In this document: piece after piece, positions 38,740-47,735 of the stretch
Layout of the letters: every line of letters begins with the position of its first letter
Position numbering within the stretch: position 1 is the first letter of the stretch
Assembly (NCBI GenBank): GCA_963667015.2
Contig: CAXXJJ010000004.1
Coordinates: 1,632,001-1,696,000 of the forward strand
Source: Desulfatiglandales bacterium
GTDB taxonomy: Bacteria > Desulfobacterota > DSM-4660 > Desulfatiglandales > HGW-15
Direction: 5' to 3'
Length of the DNA stretch: 64,000 nucleotides
Notes under the pieces: generated by a model
The model's database searches: none
The model's input: the letters and a program-made list of their open reading frames with translations, nothing else
Told to the model about the DNA's origin: nothing
Position numbers and translations under genes: made by a program

Positions 38740-39816
38740 TTGAAACCAGTAGAAGGACATCTTGAAATTTTAGAAAAAAAATTCGGGTTTTTAAGATCAA
38801 TTGAAAACAACTTCCAGCCCGGCCCTGACGATACCTTTGTTCCGGCAAATATAATCAGAGAATTTTCATTGCAGGAAGGGAACTATATTGAAGGAACCGG
38901 AGAACCGGGTGAAGGTAAAAATAAAAACCTTAAACTTGCAGGAGTGGAAAGGGTTAATAACCTGTCACCTGAAGATTTTTCTAAAATAAAATCAATCAAT
39001 AATGTCGTCAGTATCAGTCCATCAGAAAGATTCAGGCTTGCCCAGAGCCCGGAAGATACTATGGGAAAGGCCCTCGACCTGATTGTACCCATAGGAAGGG
39101 GACAGCGCGGTCTTATAATAGCGCCGCCAAAGTCAGGCAAGACCACCATCCTTAAACACATGGCCAGCTCGATAATAAAAAACCATCCTGAAGTAGAAGT
39201 ATTTATACTTCTGGTGGATGAACGGCCCGAGGAGGTTACTGATTTCAGAAGAAGCCTGAAGGATGCCTGTGTGCTGTCATCCTCTGCTGATCAGAATGTA
39301 ACCCAGCATCTGAGAATAACCAAGATGACCATCAACACTGCCATACGTCTTGCCGAGACAGGTGTTGATGCGGTTGTATTTATTGATTCCCTCACAAGGT
39401 TATCCCGGGCATTTAACTCGGACACACGCAGCCACGGAAAAACCCTTACAGGCGGTCTTGGTGCAAATGCCATGGAAATGCCCAGGAGAATATTCGGTGC
39501 CGCGCGCAACATAGATAATGGAGGCTCCCTGACTATTCTTGCATCAATACTGATCGACACCGGGAGCAGAATGGATGATATTATCTACCAGGAGTTTATA
39601 GGTACAGGTAATATGGATCTTGTATTGAGCCGCAAATGCGCCGAACAAAGACTGTGGCCTGCTATCGATATAATGCAGTCGGGAACAAGAAAGGAACACC
39701 TCCTGATGGAACCTGAAGAATATGATGAGATGGTGAAGATCAGGAGAGAAGTGTCCGGGAAGCAGGAAACAGCCGCAATGGCAGATCTGTTGAGATATTT
39801 GGATAAGAGAACCTGA
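38740..39816 (+). CDS. rho: Transcription termination factor Rho, short paralog lacking the N-terminal helical domain
   Basis: GFLR OB-fold, PIGRGQRGLIIAPPKSGKT, LVDERPEEVTD, DSLTRL, FGAARN, SGTRKE. Confidence 0.9.
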   Translation: MKPVEGHLEILEKKFGFLRSIENNFQPGPDDTFVPANIIREFSLQEGNYIEGTGEPGEGKNKNLKLAGVERVNNLSPEDFSKIKSINNVVSISPSERFRLAQSPEDTMGKALDLIVPIGRGQRGLIIAPPKSGKTTILKHMASSIIKNHPEVEVFILLVDERPEEVTDFRRSLKDACVLSSSADQNVTQHLRITKMTINTAIRLAETGVDAVVFIDSLTRLSRAFNSDTRSHGKTLTGGLGANAMEMPRRIFGAARNIDNGGSLTILASILIDTGSRMDDIIYQEFIGTGNMDLVLSRKCAEQRLWPAIDIMQSGTRKEHLLMEPEEYDEMVKIRREVSGKQETAAMADLLRYLDKRT

Positions 39817-39857
39817 TATAATAGAGAATTTGATTTTATTTCAATTGAAATAAATAA

Positions 39858-39882
39858 AGGGCACGATGCGTCGTGCCCCTAC
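39858..39882. repeat. REP palindrome between convergent genes
   Basis: GGGCACGATGCGTCGTGCCCCTAC. Confidence 0.7.
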
Positions 39883-39947
39883 AATTATACAACCAGTTTT
39901 TTATCTGCGGCCTCTGTGAACTCTAGCGAAGCAGGCGAGAGAAACAC

Positions 39948-42017
39948 CTACTTCTTCTGAATAATCCTCGAGTCAACAACATAGAGATCGGTTTCATAAC
40001 CCTTTACAGGATTGAGATCGATCTCTTCAATCTGCGGAAAGTTATGGACAAGAAGGCTCAGGCGTGCAAGATAGTCTGCCAGGACATCCAGTGAAACGCC
40101 CTTTTGACCTCGTATGCCTTTGAGTATGGGCAGCGTCTTGATCTTCTCTATCATGCTCATGCCTTCCTCTTTACCTAAAGGTGCAAGGGCAAAGCTTACG
40201 TCCTTGAGTGCCTCGGTGTATATACCGCCTAGCCCGAACATGATCAGGTGACCGAACCTGTCTTCCTTTTTGGCACCAAGTATTACCTCGGTGCCTTCAA
40301 TCATCTGCTGGATAAGGACACCCTTTGCATCCTTGATCTTCATGATCTCATCCCAGGCTGCTTCAGCCTTTTCAAGGCTTTGTATACCTACCTTGACACC
40401 ACCGACATCGCTCTTGTGCAGCGGCCCTATAACCTTCATTACAAGGGGATATCCTGCCTTCTCGCATGCAGCAGCAAGATTGGCTCTGTCAAAGACATCT
40501 TCCTGGAAGGGAAGTTTTAATCCAATGGCAGCCATAATCTCCTTTACTGCCTCGGGATCGAGCTGTTCAGGCTGTTCATTCAGAATGGTCTCTATTTTAG
40601 CCCTGTCAAAATCAGCAGGAATTTCCATGGGCTCAGATAAAACTGGTTTGCGGCTTAACCTTCCCAGCGCCTTTCCTACAGGTACTTCATCCGGAAATAT
40701 AACCTTTCCTGCTTCCCTTACCTTTACGAGCATATCCTGGCAGGTGTTGGCCGAACTCATGATAGGTATTACCGGAATGGAGCATGTATCCATACCGTTC
40801 ATTATGGATTGATATAATTTCCAGTTATCCGTAAGACCGGAGTTGCCAACAATGGTAAAGATAACATCAATATTATCTTTCTCAGTCTCATCCAGAACTT
40901 TATAGATTTGCTCCATCTGTTCGGGCGTACGGCTTGGGAGTGTATCTATAGGGTTACCGATAGCCGCTTCAGGAGGAAGAAACTCGGAAAGCCTTTTCTG
41001 TGTTTCATCCCTCAGGATGGGCTGAGAGAGCCCCTGCCTTCCAAGCTCATCGGAGAGCATAACACCTGGGCCGCCTGCATCAGTTACTATACATACCCTG
41101 TAGTCGGCAATAAGTCCTTTAAGCGCCATAAAGGCAGTTGCAATTTCAATCAGATCGGCCTTGCTCTCCACCCTTATTATTCCGGCCTTGTCAAACAGTG
41201 CCTGCACAGCGGTATCAGGAGAGGCCATTGCGCCTGTGTGGCTGGCAGCTGCCCTTTCACCAGCAGCCGTAACACCGGACTTTATACCCACGATAGTGCA
41301 GCCCTTCTTTGTAAGGCTCCTGGCATGCTTTAAAAGCTTAAGTGGCTTTTTTACAGATTCCATATAGGTGAGAATCAGTTTTGAATTCTCAGGACCATAG
41401 TTTTCATCAACAAGCTGGAATATATCCTCGACACCAATCTGTATGGAGTTTCCCATATTTACAACATTGCTGAATGAAAGCCCTCTCATGGTTGCCTGCT
41501 CCATGAGATAATCTACAGTAGCTCCTGAACCGCTGATAATGTCGATCTGGCTCTTCTTGAGCCTTGGAATAATTCCGGCAAACTTTCCCGAATAACATGT
41601 TGTTAAAAATCCGGAACAGTTCGGACCAATAAGGGTCATATCATTTGCTCTTGCTATCTCAAGGAATTTCTCTTCCTCTTCCTTACCCTTCTGATCCTTC
41701 TCACCAAAGCCGGCAGTTAATATGATTACTACTTTTGTTCCTTTTGCTGCAAGCTCTTCAAGACTCCCTCTTACAAAGGGAGCCGGAATTGCAATATATG
41801 CAAGTTCAGGGGCTTCCGGAAGTTCGGCTACGCTTTTAAAGGTAGGGAGTCCCATAATACCCGGAGTCTTGGGGTTTATTGCCCACAGTTCGCCCTTATA
41901 ACCGTTTGATTTGATATTATCAGTAACCCTTCCGCCGGTCTTCAACTTGTCATTGCTTGCACCAATAACAACTATGCTTTTCGGGTTAAAAAGCAGTTCG
42001 TACAAATTTTCTGTCAT
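39948..42017 (-). CDS. ADP-forming acyl/aryl-CoA synthetase (acetate-CoA ligase family, fused alpha-beta)
   Basis: FNPKSIVVIGAS, IGPNCSG, AASHTGAMA, HKSDVGGV, EIDLNPV. Confidence 0.9.
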   Translation of the reverse strand: MTENLYELLFNPKSIVVIGASNDKLKTGGRVTDNIKSNGYKGELWAINPKTPGIMGLPTFKSVAELPEAPELAYIAIPAPFVRGSLEELAAKGTKVVIILTAGFGEKDQKGKEEEEKFLEIARANDMTLIGPNCSGFLTTCYSGKFAGIIPRLKKSQIDIISGSGATVDYLMEQATMRGLSFSNVVNMGNSIQIGVEDIFQLVDENYGPENSKLILTYMESVKKPLKLLKHARSLTKKGCTIVGIKSGVTAAGERAAASHTGAMASPDTAVQALFDKAGIIRVESKADLIEIATAFMALKGLIADYRVCIVTDAGGPGVMLSDELGRQGLSQPILRDETQKRLSEFLPPEAAIGNPIDTLPSRTPEQMEQIYKVLDETEKDNIDVIFTIVGNSGLTDNWKLYQSIMNGMDTCSIPVIPIMSSANTCQDMLVKVREAGKVIFPDEVPVGKALGRLSRKPVLSEPMEIPADFDRAKIETILNEQPEQLDPEAVKEIMAAIGLKLPFQEDVFDRANLAAACEKAGYPLVMKVIGPLHKSDVGGVKVGIQSLEKAEAAWDEIMKIKDAKGVLIQQMIEGTEVILGAKKEDRFGHLIMFGLGGIYTEALKDVSFALAPLGKEEGMSMIEKIKTLPILKGIRGQKGVSLDVLADYLARLSLLVHNFPQIEEIDLNPVKGYETDLYVVDSRIIQKK

Positions 42018-44512
42018 ACCATTTCCCTTCCTGCCATAAATGCGGCGTAGTTACCAGCCCAGATAGCAGGTTTGGGACTGACATTCTTTACAGCCTGGAG
42101 CCAGAGCACCGTCGGTATCGTATCAAAGGGAGGAAGCTTGCTCAATGCACCTATCATAACAACATTGGCAATTCTTCCGGTACTGTCACCTATCTCAATT
42201 GCCTTTGCAAGGATATCGACTTCTACAACTTTAAAACCTTCAACTGCCTTTTCAATATCTTCCGGTGTGGGATATTCCTCAGCCGTGATAACAGGAGGTA
42301 TTACCTTTGTTTTTGATATAAGGACGGTAGCGCCTTCTCTGAGCAGTTCCAGATAGCCGGGTCTAAGGAGTTCACTTACTTCCATGGTTATCAGGCAGTC
42401 TGCACTTCTGGGAAACAATACCGGGCTGTGAACCTTACCACATGAAAAAGTACTTATAACAGGCCCACCCATCTGTGCCATACCATGGGTCTCACCCTTT
42501 ACGATATTTTTGTTTGAATAACCTGCGATGAATGCAAGCTGGGTCAGGACCTTACCGAAGAACAGGTTACCCTGACCGCCGACGCCCCTGATAGCCAGCG
42601 TAAGTCTCTCAGGAAAATCAGCATTGTTAATTTCGGGCAGTACCAGCTCAGGCGGTTCAGCAAAGCTTGCTGCGACTGCAGTCTTCTTATCACTCTCATC
42701 CAGGAATTCAATCGCATCAAATGGGCACATCTGGAGACATGCAGGATTTTCACCGGCACAGCCTGAACAGAGGTTGTTATAAAGTGGAAATTCATCCTCA
42801 CCCTTTTCAATGCCTGAACACATAAGGCATGTATAACACTTTTCACATTTTTCCTTGTTGATTTTAAGTCGGATTCCCTTGCTTTTTGGAGGCTGTTTCT
42901 TGACACAGCAGCCCCTTACAACAACCACAACAAACTCGTTGTTCTCTGCGATAGAGAGGGCCTCTTTCATGGTTTTCTGGATCTCTTTTTTATCATAGGA
43001 GCTTGCAACAAGGACCCTGCAGCCATTTCCTTCCAGGGCCTTTACAAGATCAAAATCAAGGGCATCACCCGCGAGGTTTACCGGTGAACTTGGAGAAGGC
43101 TGTCCGCCTGTCATTGCAGTCCAATAATTATCAAGGACTACCTTAACACCGGGGACCTTCCTGAATACCGCGTTACGTGTTGCATCCATACCAGAATGAC
43201 ATTCGGTTCCATCACCGATTATGCTGATGCATTTCGCAGCCTTGTCAGGCCTTGCAATAACAAATCCCTGTCTCTGGCTGTCACTTGCCCCCATTGCCAG
43301 ACCGGTCTCAAGGGCATCCATAAAATAGAGGAGAGCGTTACATCCAATATCACCAAAAATAGCCTCTATTTTGCCCCGTTTTTTCAACTTGGAGATAACG
43401 CCTGCAAAAAGAGTGTACGGGCATCCTGCACAGATCATGGGCGGTCTTGGAACCGGTTTGATCTTGGCCTCCGTATGCTCTATATCATAACCCATTTTTT
43501 CGGCGATAAGAGTCGGTGACCATTCTGTGATCTTTGAATATTTTTCCTTACCTATAACCTTCATACCCTCTCTTTCCATTGCTTCCTGAAGGTACATATA
43601 CCCATCTTCAATCACATATACATCACCATCGATTGAATCATAAAAATCTTTTATCCTTTTCATGGGAAGAGGATTAGTCATGGGAAGAGAAAGAATATCC
43701 ATATCCACATTATAGAAATCCCGGACTTCTTTAACATAGGCGGTATTAACGCCGTATGTAATAACGCCTCTTTTGCCACCGGCCTTTGCCCATTCAATAA
43801 GCGGTGATTTTTCGACCAGTTCTTCAAGACCGGGCATTCTTTCATCCATAACAGCATCATAATTCGCCCTTGCCATGGTTGGAAGGAGATTAAATCTTGC
43901 CAGATCTTCAGGAATATCCATCAACTCTCTTTTCTGGATATCGTTCAGCCTGACAAGACCTTCACTATGGCAGAGTCCGCCGCTTGCAAGGATTACAACA
44001 GGTGTTTTAAATGTCCTGCCTATCTCCGCTGCCAGTCCTGGAGCGTCCATCATCTCCTGATGGGTTCTGGGCTCAATTACCGGGACCATACAGCTTTTGA
44101 ACAGATACCTTGGATCAATTACATGCTGAGTTGAACTCGGTGTAAAATCACTGGCAATATAATATATCAGGGCACCACGTTTATCATGAAAAAAAGATGC
44201 ACTGGTAAATATATCTCCGGCCTGAAATAAACCGGGAATCTTCATTGTAACAACAACATCCGCGCCGGCCAGCGTGTGACCAAAACCGACGCCTGCAGCA
44301 ACGGCCTCATTTACAGACCATCCAACATTTATCATATCCTGAACCTGGCTTAAACCCCTGTCTATGACTTCTGTACTTGGGGTACCAGGATATCCGTCAG
44401 CACTATGAATGCCTGACCTTACACAGCCGACTGCAAAGGCAATGTTTCCCTGCAGCACAAGTTCTTTTCCGGCTTCATCAGTGCACATATTTTTTATATC
44501 ATTAGCGCTCAT
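42014..44512 (-). CDS. Indolepyruvate:ferredoxin oxidoreductase, fused IorA-IorB
   Basis: GYPGTPSTE, WSVNEAVA, PRPPMICAGCP, GDIGC, TAMTGGQ, ferredoxin Cys, then GVGGQG...ETHGMAQMGG beta domain. Confidence 0.9.
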   Translation of the reverse strand: MSANDIKNMCTDEAGKELVLQGNIAFAVGCVRSGIHSADGYPGTPSTEVIDRGLSQVQDMINVGWSVNEAVAAGVGFGHTLAGADVVVTMKIPGLFQAGDIFTSASFFHDKRGALIYYIASDFTPSSTQHVIDPRYLFKSCMVPVIEPRTHQEMMDAPGLAAEIGRTFKTPVVILASGGLCHSEGLVRLNDIQKRELMDIPEDLARFNLLPTMARANYDAVMDERMPGLEELVEKSPLIEWAKAGGKRGVITYGVNTAYVKEVRDFYNVDMDILSLPMTNPLPMKRIKDFYDSIDGDVYVIEDGYMYLQEAMEREGMKVIGKEKYSKITEWSPTLIAEKMGYDIEHTEAKIKPVPRPPMICAGCPYTLFAGVISKLKKRGKIEAIFGDIGCNALLYFMDALETGLAMGASDSQRQGFVIARPDKAAKCISIIGDGTECHSGMDATRNAVFRKVPGVKVVLDNYWTAMTGGQPSPSSPVNLAGDALDFDLVKALEGNGCRVLVASSYDKKEIQKTMKEALSIAENNEFVVVVVRGCCVKKQPPKSKGIRLKINKEKCEKCYTCLMCSGIEKGEDEFPLYNNLCSGCAGENPACLQMCPFDAIEFLDESDKKTAVAASFAEPPELVLPEINNADFPERLTLAIRGVGGQGNLFFGKVLTQLAFIAGYSNKNIVKGETHGMAQMGGPVISTFSCGKVHSPVLFPRSADCLITMEVSELLRPGYLELLREGATVLISKTKVIPPVITAEEYPTPEDIEKAVEGFKVVEVDILAKAIEIGDSTGRIANVVMIGALSKLPPFDTIPTVLWLQAVKNVSPKPAIWAGNYAAFMAGREMV

Positions 44513-44717
44513 ACTTACATCCTCCCTGGGTATTAAACTTATTTCATATGGTAAAATAATATCTATAATTAGCAATTATTTTACCAGTTGTGGTAATGCG
44601 GTAAGATTGCATAAAGACTCAGAATAATAACGGCCATCGGCTTATTAGTCAAGAAATTATACATTTTATAGGCCTAAAACCTCATTATTTCCAGGGGAAT
44701 ATAAATATTGACTGAGC

Positions 44718-44742
44718 ATTGGTTACGTGGTATTACCAATTT
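44718..44742. promoter_or_regulatory. FadR-family operator candidate
   Basis: TGGTATTACCA palindrome (44728-44738) within ATTGGT...ACCAATT; related TTACCAGTTGTGGTAA at about 44581. Confidence 0.55.
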
Positions 44743-44770
44743 TATATCAGTTCAAATATACAGGGGAAAC

Positions 44771-45475
44771 ATGTTTAAACCAATCAAATCAGTTAAAATA
44801 TCCGACAGGGTCTATGAGCAGTTGAGAGACATGATCTATAGAGGCGAACTCAGGGCAGGTGAAAAACTTATGTCTGAGAGAGACATGGCCCATGCCTTTA
44901 ATGTTGGAAGACCCACCGTAAGGGAAGCCATTCAAAAACTTACCGAACAGGGACTTATTGAAAGCCGTCGAGGGGTCGGAACATTTGTACTTGGTGAAGA
45001 GACCAGAAAAAACAAAAAACCTCTCCTGCAGCTTCTAAACGGTCAGGATTTCACTATTGTAGACCTTCTGGAAGTGAGGCTTGTCCTGGAATCAAACAGC
45101 GCCTCTCTTGCCGCAAAAAGGGCGACAGACCAGGATATAAAAATTATAGAACAGAGCCTCAACAGGCTTCTTGATACGAGACACAGCCCTGAAAGAGACC
45201 TCGATGATGAACTCAGCTTTCATATGAATATTGCCTATGCAACCAAAAATATAGTTCAGGTTCACCTTATGAAGAGTTTTTATGATGTTTTATATTACGG
45301 GATGAACCTGGCCTTTCCCACGCTTATAAAAGACGAAAAGCTTGATGAACTTACCTTTGACCAGCATATTACTATTTTCAAGGCGATCGAAAACCGTGAT
45401 CCAGTACTCGCAGGGGATACCATGGAAAGCCACATAAGAATACTTCTGGAAATGTGCATCCAGAAGGGGCTATAG
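44771..45475 (+). CDS. FadR/GntR family regulator (FCD domain)
   Basis: SERDMAHAFNVGRPTVREA, LLEVRLVLE, FHMNIAYATKN. Confidence 0.92.
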   Translation: MFKPIKSVKISDRVYEQLRDMIYRGELRAGEKLMSERDMAHAFNVGRPTVREAIQKLTEQGLIESRRGVGTFVLGEETRKNKKPLLQLLNGQDFTIVDLLEVRLVLESNSASLAAKRATDQDIKIIEQSLNRLLDTRHSPERDLDDELSFHMNIAYATKNIVQVHLMKSFYDVLYYGMNLAFPTLIKDEKLDELTFDQHITIFKAIENRDPVLAGDTMESHIRILLEMCIQKGL

Positions 45476-45579
45476 AATGAGGGACTCCTGCACCGGTTTG
45501 GACCATAAAAATCATAATCCTTAATAAAATGTTTTTTCTCACCAATATTATCGGGGAATTGTTCAAACCCATAAATTAT

Positions 45580-45608
45580 TTGACAATTATCAGCTCAGTC
45601 ATTATCCT
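45580..45608 (+). promoter_or_regulatory. sigma70 promoter upstream of AKR operon
   Basis: TTGACA-17 bp-TATCCT. Confidence 0.6.
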
Positions 45609-45793
45609 AGCAAAACAGTATGAATTTTCATTTTCCTCCAGTAAATATCATACTGAAAAGATCTAGTCCGGATCTATTCTTAAAAAATACTGCAGGATTT
45701 GCTTTGAAAATATAGCAACAATAAATTATATTAACTATCTATTATTAATTAAATTCATTTTGCTAATTTTAATTCAATTAAGGAGAGTTTAAA

Positions 45794-47005
45794 ATGTTAT
45801 ACAGAAAAATCGGCAAAACAGATTGTGAGGCATCGGTACTTAGTCTGGGTTGCATGAGATTACCTATGCTTGAACAAAAGAACCCTCCAAAAGATTTTAT
45901 CGAAAGACAAAGGGCAGTTGATGAGGAAAAATCACTTGAATTGATTGAATATGCCATAAATAACGGCATCAACTATTTAGACACGGCCTATATGTATCAT
46001 GCGGGAAACAGCGAACTGATACTCGGGAAAGCAATTAAAGGCAAACGAGATAAGCTTCTCATTACTACAAAATCACCGGTCATGATTATCCAGAAATATG
46101 AAGATTTTGACCGCATACTGGATGAACAGCTTGAAAAGCTTGGAACAGACCACCTTGATTTTTACCTCCTTCACGGGCTGAACAAAGGCACATGGGAAAA
46201 GGCAAAAAGCCTTAATGTAGGAGAGTTCCTTGACAGGATACAAAAAGACGGGCGATCAAGGTATGTGGGTTTTTCCTTTCATGATAAAACAGATGTATTC
46301 AAGGATATAATTGACTTTTATGACTGGGATGTATGCCAGATACAGTATAATTATTTTGATGAAAATTATCAGGCAGGAAAAGAAGGCCTTAAATATGCGG
46401 CATCAAAGGATATAGGGATTATCATAATGGAACCCTTAAGGGGCGGAAGGTTTACACAGAGAATACCCGATGGGGTTCAAAAAATATGGGATTCTGCAGA
46501 AGTAAAACGCAGCCCTGCAGAATGGGGACTCAGATGGGTTGCAAATCACCCCGAGGTTTCAGTTATCCTTAGCGGAATGTCATCAATGGAACAACTTAAG
46601 GAAAATATCAGAATAGCTGATGACTTTGAACCGAACAGCCTTACCCCGAATGAGCTGGAAATAATACATAAGGCGGCTGATGCCTACAGGGAACTCATGA
46701 AGGTTGACTGTACAGGATGCAGCTACTGCATGCCCTGCCCCAACGGCGTTAACATACCGATGATTTTTTCGGTATATAATGATTTATTCATGTTCAATGA
46801 TGAGATGCCCACCATAACGTACAATACATTAATTGGCTCATCCCAGAATGCCCTGAATTGTATAGAATGCGGGGAATGTGAGGAAAAATGTCCCCAGGGC
46901 ATTAACATCATTGATAGTTTAAAGGCTGCTCATGAGGAGCTTTATGATAAGGAATGGGAATCAGGTCCTGGTGGCCCCCCAAAACAAACCGATGAGGAAA
47001 AGTAG
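45794..47005 (+). CDS. Aldo/keto reductase with C-terminal 4Fe-4S domain
   Basis: LGCMRLP, NYLDTAYMY, QIQYN, MEPLRGG; CTGCSYCMPCP and CIECGECEEKCP. Confidence 0.92.
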   Translation: MLYRKIGKTDCEASVLSLGCMRLPMLEQKNPPKDFIERQRAVDEEKSLELIEYAINNGINYLDTAYMYHAGNSELILGKAIKGKRDKLLITTKSPVMIIQKYEDFDRILDEQLEKLGTDHLDFYLLHGLNKGTWEKAKSLNVGEFLDRIQKDGRSRYVGFSFHDKTDVFKDIIDFYDWDVCQIQYNYFDENYQAGKEGLKYAASKDIGIIIMEPLRGGRFTQRIPDGVQKIWDSAEVKRSPAEWGLRWVANHPEVSVILSGMSSMEQLKENIRIADDFEPNSLTPNELEIIHKAADAYRELMKVDCTGCSYCMPCPNGVNIPMIFSVYNDLFMFNDEMPTITYNTLIGSSQNALNCIECGECEEKCPQGINIIDSLKAAHEELYDKEWESGPGGPPKQTDEEK

Positions 47006-47036
47006 AAAACTATTTTATTTAAGGAGGCTTGTTGAT

Positions 47037-47627
47037 ATGGAAAGACGTGATTTTATTAAGGCCGGTGTTCTTGGACTGGGAGCAATGGCAATAGCAGACA
47101 GGAGCATGGCACTGGAGTATTACCCTACAAAGTCCGACAAAAAATGGGCGGTAATCTACAGCACATGGTGCGGCTCAAGCCGCGATGCAGGAGTATGGAT
47201 TTCTGAAGGCATGGGCGGAATTGCTGACGTATTTGATGTACGTGAAAATCCTGATCCATCCAAATATGAAAATATAGTAATTGGCGGTTCAATCAGGTCC
47301 AATAAGGTATCAAAGGAAATGGAAGATTTCCTGGCAAAAAATAAAGATGTTCTGAAAAATAAAATCAGAGGACTCTTCTGTGTACAGGGAAACATGAAAA
47401 ACCCCACAGGCCCTGAAAATGTAAAACAGCTTATAGACGGTTACCTGTCAAAGCTTACCGGTGTTACCGGTGTACCCGGGAAAAGCTTTAATGGAAGGAT
47501 TACGTTGAGCCTTTTAGAGCCGGAAAATAAAAAAATGATGGAACAGATGAAGATGGATGATTATGACTTTATGAAAAGAGGAGATTTTCTGGATTTCGGA
47601 AAGACAATCCTTGCTTCTGTAAAGTAA
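47037..47627 (+). CDS. Tat-exported flavodoxin-like protein
   Basis: MERRDFIK twin-arginine signal after AAGGAGG; IYSTWCGSS P-loop, IVIGGSIR. Confidence 0.8.
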   Translation: MERRDFIKAGVLGLGAMAIADRSMALEYYPTKSDKKWAVIYSTWCGSSRDAGVWISEGMGGIADVFDVRENPDPSKYENIVIGGSIRSNKVSKEMEDFLAKNKDVLKNKIRGLFCVQGNMKNPTGPENVKQLIDGYLSKLTGVTGVPGKSFNGRITLSLLEPENKKMMEQMKMDDYDFMKRGDFLDFGKTILASVK

Positions 47628-47668
47628 TAATTACCACCTGAATTATCTTTACATATTCACGCATTTTT

Positions 47669-47703
47669 AAAGGGGCGATAAATTTTTCGCCCCTTTATTT
47701 TTA
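47669..47703. terminator. Likely bidirectional intrinsic terminator
   Basis: AAAGGGGCGA...TCGCCCCTTT followed by T-rich tail, between convergent genes. Confidence 0.7.
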
Positions 47704-47735
47704 TCTTCTATATTCAGATGGCCCTTTCGAAAATA

